Source of the DNA: Candidatus Nealsonbacteria bacterium
GTDB taxonomy: Bacteria > Patescibacteriota > Minisyncoccia > Minisyncoccales > MHMH01
Direction: 5' to 3'
DNA: 64,000 nt
Assembly: GCA_016188865.1 (NCBI GenBank)
Contig: JACPGX010000002.1
Span: 2,398-66,397, forward strand
Position 1 is the stretch's first letter; each line of letters opens with the position of its first letter. Shown here in pieces: positions 1 to 9,791 of the stretch. A program made the position numbers and the translations under genes. Below the pieces are notes generated by a model. It saw nothing but the letters and a program-made list of their open reading frames with translations, did not search any database and was not told where the DNA came from.

Positions 1-2
1 TC

Positions 3-71
3 CGCCGGCAAATAGTCGAAAAAGCCTTAAAAGCTTTGCAGACAAAAGTTGAAAATCAAACAATCTTCTAA
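3..71 (+). CDS. grdB: 3' end of glycine/sarcosine/betaine reductase component B (GrdB-like), partial
   Basis: Reads RRQIVEKALKALQTKVENQTIF*, resembling the GrdB-family C-terminus; lies directly upstream of trx-grdC-grdA. Confidence 0.7.
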   Translation, partial: RRQIVEKALKALQTKVENQTIF

Positions 72-94
72 AGCAGCCTTCGGGTTGCTTTTTT
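71..94 (+). terminator. Intrinsic terminator
   Basis: AAGCAGCC-TTCG-GGTTGCTT hairpin followed by a T run. Confidence 0.75.
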
Positions 95-154
95 CTTTAA
101 TTTTTGTTATTTTTTCTAGACAGTTGCCCTTTAAAAATATTATAGGAGGCGGGA

Positions 155-481
155 ATGATAATAGAAGTGACAAAAGACAATTTCGAAACTGAAGTGCTGA
201 AAGAAACGGGAAAACCGGTAATGGTTGATTTCTGGGGACCTAAATGTTCTCACTGCCTGATTTTAATGCCTCACGTTGAAAAACTGGCCCATCAATATTC
301 AGCTAAGATAAAAGTGGTCAAAATGAATATGACCGGCAACGTTTTGTTTTGCGCAAAAGCCGGATTGAGAATCATGGGCCTGCCTACATTCATCTTTTTT
401 GAAAACGGCAAAGAAGTAAAAAGATTGACCGGGCAGGTAACCGTAGAAGAGCTGGAAAAAACCATGGAGGAAATATTATGA
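155..481 (+). CDS. trxA: Thioredoxin (glycine reductase-associated)
   Basis: DFWGPKCSHC CxxC motif, GLPTF cis-Pro loop, AGGAGG RBS. Confidence 0.9.
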   Translation: MIIEVTKDNFETEVLKETGKPVMVDFWGPKCSHCLILMPHVEKLAHQYSAKIKVVKMNMTGNVLFCAKAGLRIMGLPTFIFFENGKEVKRLTGQVTVEELEKTMEEIL

Positions 482-1953
482 AGCCGGTAATTAAAAATTA
501 CGCTTATACTATGTATCACGTTCCGAATCTCGTAAGGTACGGCTCGAAACCAATGCGAGAGATAGAAAAAAATCCTGAGCTCTATCCCAAAATTCATGAG
601 CTGCTAAGAAGCTACTTTGAAGCGGTGTCTTATCCGCCTAATCAAGTTTTCATCGGCAACATTAAGCCCGATGATTTGAGAGCAATTCCCAGGCCATGGT
701 TCAAAAATCCTGCCGGCGCTTTTCGCTCCGGAAAATTCGGCGAAATATTTTCAGAAGACGAATTTTTGGGCCTATTAAAAATTGCTGATGTCCATGATTA
801 CGAGTTGATCTGGCTGGAAAAGACTTTTACCGCGCACGTAAAAAATGTTTTAAATGAAAATCCCATACTGCAGGAAACCGATCTCCAGAAAATCGGCGAA
901 GGCAAAAGCATTCAGGAAATAAAAGAAAAATTGGAAAAAGGCGAAAATTTTAGCCTTCCGCTTTTATACGAAAACATTTTGGTAGGGTGCTTCAATCGGT
1001 CAAAAGACGTCCACGCCCAAGAAGATGAGGCCCTAAGCCCCCACCATCTGATGGAAGGGCTTGTTGCCAAAGCCTCGGGAGCTTTAGCCCTAAAACATCT
1101 TATTAGAAGAGAAGGCATTGGTCCTGAAGAAATAGATTTTATTCTTAGCTGTTCGGAAGAAGCCATTGGCGACAGGTACAATCGAGGAGGCGGGAGTTTA
1201 GCCAAAGCTATGGGAGAAATGTGCGGCTGCCAAAATGCAACTGGCTCCGACATTAAATCATTTTGCGTCGGCCCAGTTTATGCTATAGTTTTTGCAGCCA
1301 GTTTGGTTAAAGCAGGGGTCGTTAAAAACGTGGCAGTAGTGGGCGGAGGATGCCTTGCAAAACTTGGAATGAAATTCCAGGGGCACCTTGCAAGCGGCAT
1401 GCCGATTATTGAAGATACCTTGGCGTCATTTGCCTTTCTGATTGCTGGAGATGACAAAAAAAGCCCGATCATCAGGCTGGACGCTATCGGAAAAAATAAT
1501 ATAAAAAACGCTGCGAAACCCGAAAGTGTAACAAGAGCAGTAGTTTTGGAACCGCTGCAAAAATTAGGCAAAAAAATTACCGACATTGATAAGTATGCAG
1601 TGCAGCTGGAAAACCCGGAAATTACAGAACCATCTAAAACCGGCGACGTGCCGAGAAAAAATTACGACACGATTGCGGCTTTAGCAGTTATGAATGGAGA
1701 AATTACTCCGGCCGATATGCCGGCTTTCAGGGAAAAACACGGCATGCCTGGATTTTCGCCAACGCAAGGCCATGTGCCCGCGGCCGTCCCTTATGTCGGA
1801 CACGCAGTGGAGGCAATGGAAAACGGCGAAATTAAAAACGCCATGTTTGTCGCGAGAGGCAGTTTCTTTCTGGGAAGAATGACCCAATTGGAAGACGGAA
1901 TGTCATTTATTATTGAAAAAAATCCGAAAAGAAAGGAGGTGAAAAATGTTTAA
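478..1953 (+). CDS. grdC: Glycine/sarcosine/betaine reductase component C, beta subunit
   Basis: CSEEAIGDRYNRGGG, DIKSFCVGP, AKLGM and HGMPGFSPTQGHVP motifs typical of GrdC. Confidence 0.9.
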   Translation: MKPVIKNYAYTMYHVPNLVRYGSKPMREIEKNPELYPKIHELLRSYFEAVSYPPNQVFIGNIKPDDLRAIPRPWFKNPAGAFRSGKFGEIFSEDEFLGLLKIADVHDYELIWLEKTFTAHVKNVLNENPILQETDLQKIGEGKSIQEIKEKLEKGENFSLPLLYENILVGCFNRSKDVHAQEDEALSPHHLMEGLVAKASGALALKHLIRREGIGPEEIDFILSCSEEAIGDRYNRGGGSLAKAMGEMCGCQNATGSDIKSFCVGPVYAIVFAASLVKAGVVKNVAVVGGGCLAKLGMKFQGHLASGMPIIEDTLASFAFLIAGDDKKSPIIRLDAIGKNNIKNAAKPESVTRAVVLEPLQKLGKKITDIDKYAVQLENPEITEPSKTGDVPRKNYDTIAALAVMNGEITPADMPAFREKHGMPGFSPTQGHVPAAVPYVGHAVEAMENGEIKNAMFVARGSFFLGRMTQLEDGMSFIIEKNPKRKEVKNV

Positions 1954-2419
1954 GGGAAAAAAGATAATAATCTTTGGGGAAAGAGATGAAATTCAGGGCG
2001 CATCAATTGAAAATTGCCTTAAAGCAGCCGGAGTCAAAGAGGAAAACATTATTTCTTCCATAACTGAATGTTTTGTCTGAACAGCGGCTGGGGCAATGAG
2101 TCTGGAATACCAAAACGCCGTCAAAGATCTGGCTTTTAAATATGGGCCAGAAAACTTAGTGGTTATGCTCGGCTTCCTGGATATGGACCTTATTGAAATC
2201 CAGGCCATAACCATGACTGATGGCGATCCTTCCGGAGTTGGCTCATTGTCTGGAGTCGCGTTGCGGCTCAAAGTCTATCATATTCTGGAACCGGAAATAA
2301 AATCGCAGATTCCTCAAGACGTTTATCAGGAACAAATCGGCCTGATGGCAATCACCGCAGGGCCTGAAAAAATAGCAAAAATAAGCGAATTATTGCAACA
2401 ATTAAGAACCACCCGATAG
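1946..2419 (+). CDS. grdA: Glycine reductase selenoprotein A; in-frame TGA at 2078-2080 read as Sec
   Basis: ATG 1946 after GGAGGT RBS; MFKGKKIIIFGERD...TECFV(TGA)TAAGAM continues in frame into ORF 2096..2419 (GDP, VYHILEP); CxxU motif. Confidence 0.9.
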
Positions 2420-2428
2420 GTGGTTCTT

Positions 2429-3280
2429 TTACTTGAGATTATCGGCAATTAAACGGCTTATATCAACGTTCGCTTCTTTGATTTTAACAGTATTGGTTAA
2501 ATAAAGTTTAAAAAACTTATTTTTCACTCTTTTAACGCCCGCTTTAAAGGGAGCGTGAGTGATTAAAGCAATTACCTTAGAAGCTCCGGAAGCGCTGGCA
2601 TAGTCGTAGAATTTGGAAAGGGTGCCTCCGGTTGCCAGAATGTCATCGATAACACCTATTACTCCTCCCCGAAAAATGATTTGCGATGGATAAAAATCCA
2701 CCCCAAAAGAATCAATCCTCTTTTTGTTTAAACCTGAAATTCCGGTCCTTCTTTTCCCGCCCCTGTCCGGAGACAAAAATAATATATCCTGGCCGAAGTC
2801 TTCTCTGGCTTTTTGCATCAAAAGATGGGCCGCTGAAACGCTTATTACCGGATATTTTTTAAGCCAGGGCATTTTCCCAAAATGCGGATCAATTGCATAA
2901 ATTTTCCTGACCTTGTAATATTTTACTGCTTTTTTTATAAGATTTTCGGCAGCGTTAGTTTCTCCGCGCTGAAATACTTTATCCTGCCGGCTATAGGGAA
3001 AATATGTAAAAAATAACTCTGGCCTTATCTTATGGTCTTTTAAAATTTGCAAAATCAAATCCAATTCCATCAAACCGTTGTTGGGATTGGGAGCTCCCGA
3101 ATGCAAAACAATTATCCTTCTATTTTTAAAACTGTTTATCCCAGATAATCTCATGTAAACTTCCCCGTCGGGAAAAAAACGCTTGCCTTCCTTGTTTTTT
3201 TCGGGAAAAATCAATTCAAAACTTTCTAAGTTTTTCGCCAAATGTTCAGCCGCAGATGTAAAAATTATAAGAGGCCTCAT
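2429..3280 (-). CDS. prs: Ribose-phosphate pyrophosphokinase family protein
   Basis: FPDGE, YFPYSRQDK, SPDRGG and VIDDILATGGT motifs. Confidence 0.8.
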   Translation of the reverse strand: MRPLIIFTSAAEHLAKNLESFELIFPEKNKEGKRFFPDGEVYMRLSGINSFKNRRIIVLHSGAPNPNNGLMELDLILQILKDHKIRPELFFTYFPYSRQDKVFQRGETNAAENLIKKAVKYYKVRKIYAIDPHFGKMPWLKKYPVISVSAAHLLMQKAREDFGQDILFLSPDRGGKRRTGISGLNKKRIDSFGVDFYPSQIIFRGGVIGVIDDILATGGTLSKFYDYASASGASKVIALITHAPFKAGVKRVKNKFFKLYLTNTVKIKEANVDISRLIADNLK

Positions 3281-3810
3281 TAATATTGCAGCAAAGATCT
3301 TATTTTTTGCCCCTTAATATTTTTTCTTCCTTTTAAATAAGTCAACTCAATAAGAAAATTAACTCCCACAATTTTTCCCTTAAGCTGTTTGACTAGATCA
3401 ATAGCGGCTTTCATTGTTCCGCCGGTAGCTAAAACATCGTCAACAATGACAACTTTTTCTCCCGGCAGAATAGCATCTTCATGCATTTCAAGAACATTGC
3501 TGGCATATTCCAGAGAATATTCCCTGGAAACAGTTTTAGCCGGAAGCTTTCCTTTTTTTCTGACAATCGCTAACCCCGTCTTGAATTTATAAGCTGAAGC
3601 GGCAGCCAGTATAAAACCTCTAGCGTCAATGCCGACAATCTTATCAACTTTTTTCCCGGAATAAGGAGCAATCAAAAAATCAATCATTTTATGGAAAAGA
3701 TTCTTATCCTGCAGCAGGGGGGTGATATCTTTAAAATTAACTCCTTTATGCGGCCAATCGGGAATTTCCCTGATTTTAGATTTAATTTCCGAAAGAAGTT
3801 TTGTCCGCAT
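3280..3810 (-). CDS. apt: Adenine phosphoribosyltransferase
   Basis: IPDWP..GVNFKDITPLL, DARGF, RKKGKLP, VDDVLATGGT. Confidence 0.95.
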   Translation of the reverse strand: MRTKLLSEIKSKIREIPDWPHKGVNFKDITPLLQDKNLFHKMIDFLIAPYSGKKVDKIVGIDARGFILAAASAYKFKTGLAIVRKKGKLPAKTVSREYSLEYASNVLEMHEDAILPGEKVVIVDDVLATGGTMKAAIDLVKQLKGKIVGVNFLIELTYLKGRKNIKGQKIRSLLQY

Positions 3811-3815
3811 TCTAT

Positions 3816-4898
3816 TTAAATCTTAAAACTTTTAAACACCTCTTTGCAAAAATTGTGATTTCTTTTAACTTTTGGTAAAAAATAGAAGTTATCCCTAAGA
3901 TTTTCGTAATCATCTGGGATGATTCCGTATTCTATATCTTTTTTTATTTGCTGAGGCGCCTCAATGCCTCTTACCCACGTTCTAATGGTTGCCCAGTTTA
4001 CTTTTTGATGACGCGATAAGGCCCTAAATGACATTTGCTTCTTTCCAAAAACACGCAAACAATCCCAATATAGATTAGTATCATAAGTGTACTTTCGGAG
4101 GCATCTTACCATCTCTGTTAATTTATTTCTTTTATAAGCAATACTAAAGTTAATCAATTCTCTATACTTTTTAAGGTTACGATACAAAGAAACAACTAAT
4201 TGATCTGGATTATTTTTCTTATGGTATGTCTTGCTTTGAATGCCAAGTTCTAATAATAATTTTTGGATTTTTTTTAAAATTATCTCGTCATTTTGCGTTA
4301 TAACAATTTGATGTCTGTGGTTAGTGTTATCAACGCAACCCTCGGCATCGGCGAATCCTCGAATAAAGTTTGCTTTTACTTTTTTATTTCCATTTATTAT
4401 ATAATTGGGTATTGTTCTAGAATCTCCCATCATCTTTTTAATTCTTTTTACTACCAAAACCCTGTGGACATCGCAAATAAAAATACCCTCTCCTCCTCTA
4501 AGAATTGGTTCTAAACGATAGGCCTTTTTTATATATCTAGCAAATTTATCTCTAAAGTCTTTTTGAGTAACTTTAAGTCGAACGCCATTAGAACTCAGGT
4601 GTCCATCTCCCATCACTGCCCCAATAATATAAGCTTCGGCTACTTTTTCTTCAGTAGAATAAGGATGGTGAAATGATTTTGGTAAATTTTTTTTATTAAA
4701 TCTGCCGCGGAAATATGCAAATTTCTGAGCTTCCGCATTGTCTCTAATTTTTATGCCTGCTTTTCTAAGTTTATTGTAAATAGTTACCTTATTGATACCC
4801 AATTTCTCAGCGATTTCAACGCCAGTCATTCGTTGATAAAGTTTTCCTATGGAAATAGAAAAAGAGTCTTTGGTGTGATTTTGAAGTTTATTTAGCAT
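3816..4898 (-). CDS. Free-standing double-motif LAGLIDADG homing endonuclease-like protein with HTH
   Basis: AYIIGAVMGDG and NFIRGFADAEG motifs; N-terminal HTH (EIAEKLGINKVTIYNKL). Confidence 0.8.
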   Translation of the reverse strand: MLNKLQNHTKDSFSISIGKLYQRMTGVEIAEKLGINKVTIYNKLRKAGIKIRDNAEAQKFAYFRGRFNKKNLPKSFHHPYSTEEKVAEAYIIGAVMGDGHLSSNGVRLKVTQKDFRDKFARYIKKAYRLEPILRGGEGIFICDVHRVLVVKRIKKMMGDSRTIPNYIINGNKKVKANFIRGFADAEGCVDNTNHRHQIVITQNDEIILKKIQKLLLELGIQSKTYHKKNNPDQLVVSLYRNLKKYRELINFSIAYKRNKLTEMVRCLRKYTYDTNLYWDCLRVFGKKQMSFRALSRHQKVNWATIRTWVRGIEAPQQIKKDIEYGIIPDDYENLRDNFYFLPKVKRNHNFCKEVFKSFKI

Positions 4899-5688
4899 CT
4901 TTAAGAATGTTTCGACAGGGGCAAACCCTCTGAGAAGGAATTTTTAGTATTGATTGCTTAAGAATCTCCCGAAGTTTCACCATATTTGTCTTCATCGTGT
5001 TTAAAATTCTTTCCCAACTGACTTCTCTCCCCGTCTTCCAGACATCCCAATCGGTAACGCTGGCAAGAGATGAATAACAAATTTCCAATTCTCTAGCTAA
5101 ATTGACTTCGGGGATTAGGGTCATACCAACGATATCGGCGAAATTCCTGAAAAACTTTGATTCCGCCTTAGTTGAAAATCTTGGTCCTTCGATGCAAATG
5201 TAAGTTCCATTTTGATGAATAGAAATATTTAATTTTTTACCTGCTTGGTAAAGAAGTCTAGCTAATTCAGGACAAAAAGGATCGGCCGATGTAATATGAA
5301 CTGTCTCCTTGTCGTAAAAAGTATAATCTCTCTTTTTGGTAAAATCGATGAACTGGTCAGAAGTAACAATATCTCCCGGCTTAAATTCCCTTTTAAGGGA
5401 ACCGACTGCTCCGACTCCAATAATTCTTTCCACTCCCAACTTCTTCAAAGCCCAGATATTCGCTCTTTGGGGAACTTTGTGTGGAGGAAACTGGTGTTTT
5501 TTCCCATGGCGGGATAAAAAAGCGACCTTCTTCCCGTGAAAATCAGCGATGGTAATCGGCGATGATGGATAACCGAAAGGAGTTTTGATATTAACCTCTT
5601 TAATCTTTTTGAAGAATTTCGGATCCTCTAATCCGCTTCCGCCAATAATGGCAATTTTGGGATTAGATTTTAAATAATTTTCTGGCAT
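4888..5688 (-). CDS. mtnP: S-methyl-5'-thioadenosine phosphorylase
   Basis: IIGGSG, TPFG.PS, RHG..H..PP, EGPRFST.AE, VGMT..PE motifs; start may be 5688 or 5706. Confidence 0.9.
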   Translation of the reverse strand: MPENYLKSNPKIAIIGGSGLEDPKFFKKIKEVNIKTPFGYPSSPITIADFHGKKVAFLSRHGKKHQFPPHKVPQRANIWALKKLGVERIIGVGAVGSLKREFKPGDIVTSDQFIDFTKKRDYTFYDKETVHITSADPFCPELARLLYQAGKKLNISIHQNGTYICIEGPRFSTKAESKFFRNFADIVGMTLIPEVNLARELEICYSSLASVTDWDVWKTGREVSWERILNTMKTNMVKLREILKQSILKIPSQRVCPCRNILKDAK

Positions 5689-6400
5689 TTTGAGTTGTGG
5701 CATCAATTATTTCTTCATAACTCAAATTTTTAACTTTGGCAATCTTTTCTGCAATATATTTTGTATAAATAGGCTCATTGCGACCGAATACTGAAGGAGG
5801 CGTTAAATATGGGCAGTCCGTTTCCAGTAAAATTTTATCTAAAGGAGCTTTGGCAATAACCTCGTCTAAATTCATCTTGAAAATTATTCCATTAAATCCC
5901 AAATATAGCCCCATATCGATATATCTTTGCGCCTCTCCCCATGTTCCGGTAAAACAATGGATGACTCCTGTTCGAATGTTCGATTGTTCGAGTGTTCGAA
6001 TGAGATCGTTGTGGGCTAATCGGCAATGGAAAATTACCGGCAAATTCACTTCTCTTGCCAACTCCACCTGCCTCAGCAAGACTTCTTTTTGTTTCTCCTT
6101 AAAAGGCAAATATTCTGCTTTATAGTCAAGGCCAATTTCTCCAACTGCCACCGCTGAATTAGCCAGTTCTTTATATTTTTGGTATTCAAACTCCTCTCCC
6201 ACATGAATCGGATGGAGCCCCACTGCCGCATATACCCCTTCTTTATATTTTCCAGCTATTTCCACCGCGCGCTTGCTCGTGGTGTATTGCGAGCCGACAT
6301 TAATCATCCAAATATTTTCAGCCAAAGACCGCCGAATCACTTCTTCGGAATCATCTTTATAGGCGTTGAAATTAACGTGAGCGTGAGTATCGATAATCAT
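5663..6400 (-). CDS. tatD: TatD family deoxyribonuclease
   Basis: DTHAH, GLHP, GEIGLDY, HCF, LETDCPY, RNEP. Confidence 0.95.
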   Translation of the reverse strand: MIIDTHAHVNFNAYKDDSEEVIRRSLAENIWMINVGSQYTTSKRAVEIAGKYKEGVYAAVGLHPIHVGEEFEYQKYKELANSAVAVGEIGLDYKAEYLPFKEKQKEVLLRQVELAREVNLPVIFHCRLAHNDLIRTLEQSNIRTGVIHCFTGTWGEAQRYIDMGLYLGFNGIIFKMNLDEVIAKAPLDKILLETDCPYLTPPSVFGRNEPIYTKYIAEKIAKVKNLSYEEIIDATTQNARKLFKI

Positions 6401-6476
6401 ACTTAAAATATTAACAAAAATTTATACAAATAAAAGGGGGGTCGTCTAAGACTATACCCCCCTTTTGCCGAATTTT

Positions 6477-7124
6477 TTATGGAAATTCTACGCGAGGACA
6501 ATACTTTTTGTAGAATACGTGCACCATTAAAGCAATGGTGTATATTATATCTTTAATTCCCCTAAATAATACCTTAAGAACTGTCCATGGCAAGAAAAGT
6601 ATCTTGCGAATGACGGATGATCGTCTCGGCTTTGCTTGTTTTGAGGCCGACACTGCCAGTCGTTTTTCATGTTTTCTCTGTTTTTCTTCTTCTTTTTCCA
6701 AATACCACCTTGTATGTTTAACTCTTTCGATCGCAAATGATATTGCAAACGGTAAACTGATAAATGCTATGACAGCGCCTAACCATATCAGCGTTTTCAG
6801 CCAATCTTCCCTTGCCAAAACTACTATCAAACCAAGGAGTGTCAATCCGACCAGCACATAAAACAACACTAGTAGAATTTTGCCCGTTACTCTCATCGGC
6901 TTGCTGCCAAAGAATCTGCGAGCGCGGCCTTGGCCGAAAACCAATCTGATGAGCCAGCCCAATAAAACAACCGGCAAACCGGGGACTATCCCCACAAAAG
7001 CTACCCAGAAGGGACCGCAGAAATTAGCCGGCCAAGGATGGGGAACCGTTGCGCCAAATCCTCCGGCAACAAATCTGTAAACTGCCCCGATAACGGCAAC
7101 TATCCAATCAGGAACTCTATGCAT
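6477..7124 (-). CDS. Hypothetical membrane protein
   Basis: 215-aa ORF with several hydrophobic segments and an AGGAGG RBS. Confidence 0.7.
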   Translation of the reverse strand: MHRVPDWIVAVIGAVYRFVAGGFGATVPHPWPANFCGPFWVAFVGIVPGLPVVLLGWLIRLVFGQGRARRFFGSKPMRVTGKILLVLFYVLVGLTLLGLIVVLAREDWLKTLIWLGAVIAFISLPFAISFAIERVKHTRWYLEKEEEKQRKHEKRLAVSASKQAKPRRSSVIRKILFLPWTVLKVLFRGIKDIIYTIALMVHVFYKKYCPRVEFP

Positions 7125-7192
7125 TTCTTGCTCCTCCTATATTATATTTATTACTAAGAAAGTGTACCAAAAAATAATAATTCTGTCAAGGT

Positions 7193-8344
7193 CTAAAGTT
7201 TGCCAACTAAAATATCTTTTCTGATTTTTTGCATTAAACCGAGAGTGAAATAAAGATTATGAATAGTGGCTAATCTATAATATAGGAGTTCTTTGGCTCT
7301 AAAAAGATGCGATAAATAAGCCCGGGTGAAATTTTGACAGGTATAACAACCGCACTTCTTCTCAATGGCATGGAAATCTTTAATATATCGGGAATTTCCT
7401 ATATTCAAGCGGCCATTTTTTATCAGTAAAGTTCCTCTTCTGGCTAATCTTGTGGGCCAGACGCAATCAAATAGATCCATACCGTGCTTTACGCAATTTT
7501 CCAAATCTTCCGGCCGGCCTATACCCAAAAGATGGCGAGGTTTTTCTTCAGGCAATAATGGCGTAATCCACTTTAAAATTTTAAACATGTCTTTTTGTGT
7601 TTTTCCCAAAGAACCGCCAATGCCAATGCCATCAAAAGGCAAGGATGAAATGAATTTAGTGCTTTCTTCTCTTAAATCTTTATACTCTCCGCCTTGGATT
7701 ATCCCAAACAAAGCCTGTTCCCGCTTTTTTTTAACCTTTAAGCACCGCAAGGCCCAATTATGCGTTTTTTTTAAAGATTTTTTAGTATATTCATAATCAG
7801 CTAAAGGAGAGGTGCATTCGTCAAAGGCAAAAATAATATCGGCTCCCAAATCTTCTTGTATTTTAATGGATTTTTCCGGAGTAAAAATATGCTTTGAGCC
7901 GTCTAAATGAGAGGTAAATTCTACGCCATCGTCAGTAATTTTTACCAATTTAAGAGGTCCGACCTCCCGAGGAGGTCGGACCTCCTCATATCCCGGAAAC
8001 CACCCAATTTTTCCTATCTGGTGTACCTTGCCCCAGCCTAAAGAAAAAACTTGAAAACCTCCGCTGTCAGTAACCATCGGTCCCGGCCAGTTCATGAATT
8101 TATGGAGCCCGCCGGCTTTTTTTATAACATCCGCTCCCGGTCTCAAATAAAGATGATAAGTATTGGCTAAAATAATTTCGGCTCCCAAATTTTTCAAGTC
8201 TTCGGGCGTTAAACTCTTAACGCTGGCTTGCGTAGCTACTGAAACAAAAGCAGGAGTTTCAATCCTGCCGTGAGGCGTCTCTAAAATACCAGCTCTCGCC
8301 CAAGACTTCTTAGATTTTTTAACAATTTTAAATCTAAATTGCAT
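7193..8344 (-). CDS. tgt: tRNA-guanine transglycosylase
   Basis: LANTYHL, TDSGGFQVFSL, FDCV.PTR, CxCxxC zinc site. Confidence 0.95.
   Translation of the reverse strand: MQFRFKIVKKSKKSWARAGILETPHGRIETPAFVSVATQASVKSLTPEDLKNLGAEIILANTYHLYLRPGADVIKKAGGLHKFMNWPGPMVTDSGGFQVFSLGWGKVHQIGKIGWFPGYEEVRPPREVGPLKLVKITDDGVEFTSHLDGSKHIFTPEKSIKIQEDLGADIIFAFDECTSPLADYEYTKKSLKKTHNWALRCLKVKKKREQALFGIIQGGEYKDLREESTKFISSLPFDGIGIGGSLGKTQKDMFKILKWITPLLPEEKPRHLLGIGRPEDLENCVKHGMDLFDCVWPTRLARRGTLLIKNGRLNIGNSRYIKDFHAIEKKCGCYTCQNFTRAYLSHLFRAKELLYYRLATIHNLYFTLGLMQKIRKDILVGKL
7954..7984. repeat. Palindromic element (GAGGTCCGACCTCC family) inside tgt
   Basis: GAGGTCCGACCTCC-CGA-GGAGGTCGGACCTC. Confidence 0.85.
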
Positions 8345-9754
8345 TTAAATTCGAGGAAATAACGGCTGGCTTTTTTGCGTTTTCAATTGTTCTAAAATTT
8401 TTTCCGATGTTTTGGGCAAAAATGGTTCCAGTAATTTGGCTATTTCGCCTACGGCAAATAACAAATTGCCGATTACTTCTTTTTGGTTTTTGCTCTCTAC
8501 CCATGGTCTTTCTTTTTCAATATATTTATCGCACCAGCTAATTATTTCCCATATAGCCATCAACGCCTCATTAAACTCAAATCCATCAAGAAAACTATAG
8601 CATTCTTTTTGGGTTTTATTGATGAGTGATTTTAAATTTTTATTTGTAATTTTGGTTTTTGAATTTTTAATTTCTAATTTAGCAGCCATAGTAATAACTC
8701 TGGCAACGAGGTTACCCAGACCGCTTGCCAAATCGGCATTATATCTTCCCTCAAACTTTTCCTGTGTAAAGTCTCCGTCTTCCGTCGGCGGAATTTCCCG
8801 CAAAAGAAAATATCTTACTGCATCTGTTCCGTATTTTTTAATCAGTTCAAACGGGTCAACCACATTTCCCAACGACTTAGACATTTTCTGCCCGGCAACC
8901 GTAATAAAACCGTGGACAAAAATAGTTTTTGGCAAAGCTAATCCCAAAGATAAAAGCATTCCCGGCCAAATTAAAGAATGAAATTTTTGGATATCTTTGC
9001 CTATGCACTGGACATCTGCCGGCCAACGCCCGGGAGCGCCCGATAGATAATTTATTAACGCGTCAGCCCAAACATATATCGTTTGGGTTTCGTCGTCGGA
9101 AACTGGAATTCCCCACTTTAAATCTTTTCTGGGTCGCGAAAAACTGATATCCTCTAAACCATCTTTTAGGAAACTTAGCATCTCATTCTTTCTAGATGCG
9201 GGGATTATTTTAATTTTATCTTTCTTCAAAATTTCTTCAATATTTTTAGAATATTTTGAAAGCCGGAAAAAATAATTTTCTTCCTCCACAACTTCCGGTT
9301 CTTTCAAGTGAATGCGGCACCTTCCATCAATTAAATCTTTTTTCGTAATAAAAGCTTCGCAGCCCACGCAATACAAACCTTTATACTTTTTCTTATAAAT
9401 ATCTCCATTTTCCAGCAATTTTAACCATACCCCCTGAACTTTTGACCAATGTTTTTCCCTATCAGTGGTTCTGATAAAGTAGTCATTTGACAAATTAAAA
9501 ATTCTTGTCAATTCTCTAAATTTTTCAGAAACCATGTCAGTAAAATCTTCTGGAATTTTCCCGGCTTGCTCGGCAGCTTTTACCACTTTGGCTCCGTGTT
9601 CATCGGTGCCGGTTAAAAAGAAAACATCCTCGCCTAGAATACGGTGATATCTTGCTAAAACATCCGCTTGGACGATTTCCAATGCATATCCTAAATGCGG
9701 GAGAGCGTTGACATATGCTATGCTGGTTGTGATATAAAACTTTTTTCTTGCCAT
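8345..9754 (-). CDS. metG: Methionine--tRNA ligase
   Basis: YVN..PHLG, GTDEHG, YVWADAL, KMSKS. Confidence 0.95.
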   Translation of the reverse strand: MARKKFYITTSIAYVNALPHLGYALEIVQADVLARYHRILGEDVFFLTGTDEHGAKVVKAAEQAGKIPEDFTDMVSEKFRELTRIFNLSNDYFIRTTDREKHWSKVQGVWLKLLENGDIYKKKYKGLYCVGCEAFITKKDLIDGRCRIHLKEPEVVEEENYFFRLSKYSKNIEEILKKDKIKIIPASRKNEMLSFLKDGLEDISFSRPRKDLKWGIPVSDDETQTIYVWADALINYLSGAPGRWPADVQCIGKDIQKFHSLIWPGMLLSLGLALPKTIFVHGFITVAGQKMSKSLGNVVDPFELIKKYGTDAVRYFLLREIPPTEDGDFTQEKFEGRYNADLASGLGNLVARVITMAAKLEIKNSKTKITNKNLKSLINKTQKECYSFLDGFEFNEALMAIWEIISWCDKYIEKERPWVESKNQKEVIGNLLFAVGEIAKLLEPFLPKTSEKILEQLKTQKSQPLFPRI

Positions 9755-9791
9755 ATATGATGTGTTATAATAATCATATCATTAAAACTTT

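Noticed and set aside
2078..2080. grdA as a nonsense pseudogene, or genome-wide TGA recoding (code 25/4)
   Set aside because: The TGA sits exactly at the family's Sec position, and TGA terminates other genes (smpB, vWA, genes A and D).
3816..4898. Intein in mtnP or apt
   Set aside because: Both neighbours are complete, separate ORFs; no N-terminal C/S splice block and no terminal HN followed by C/S/T.
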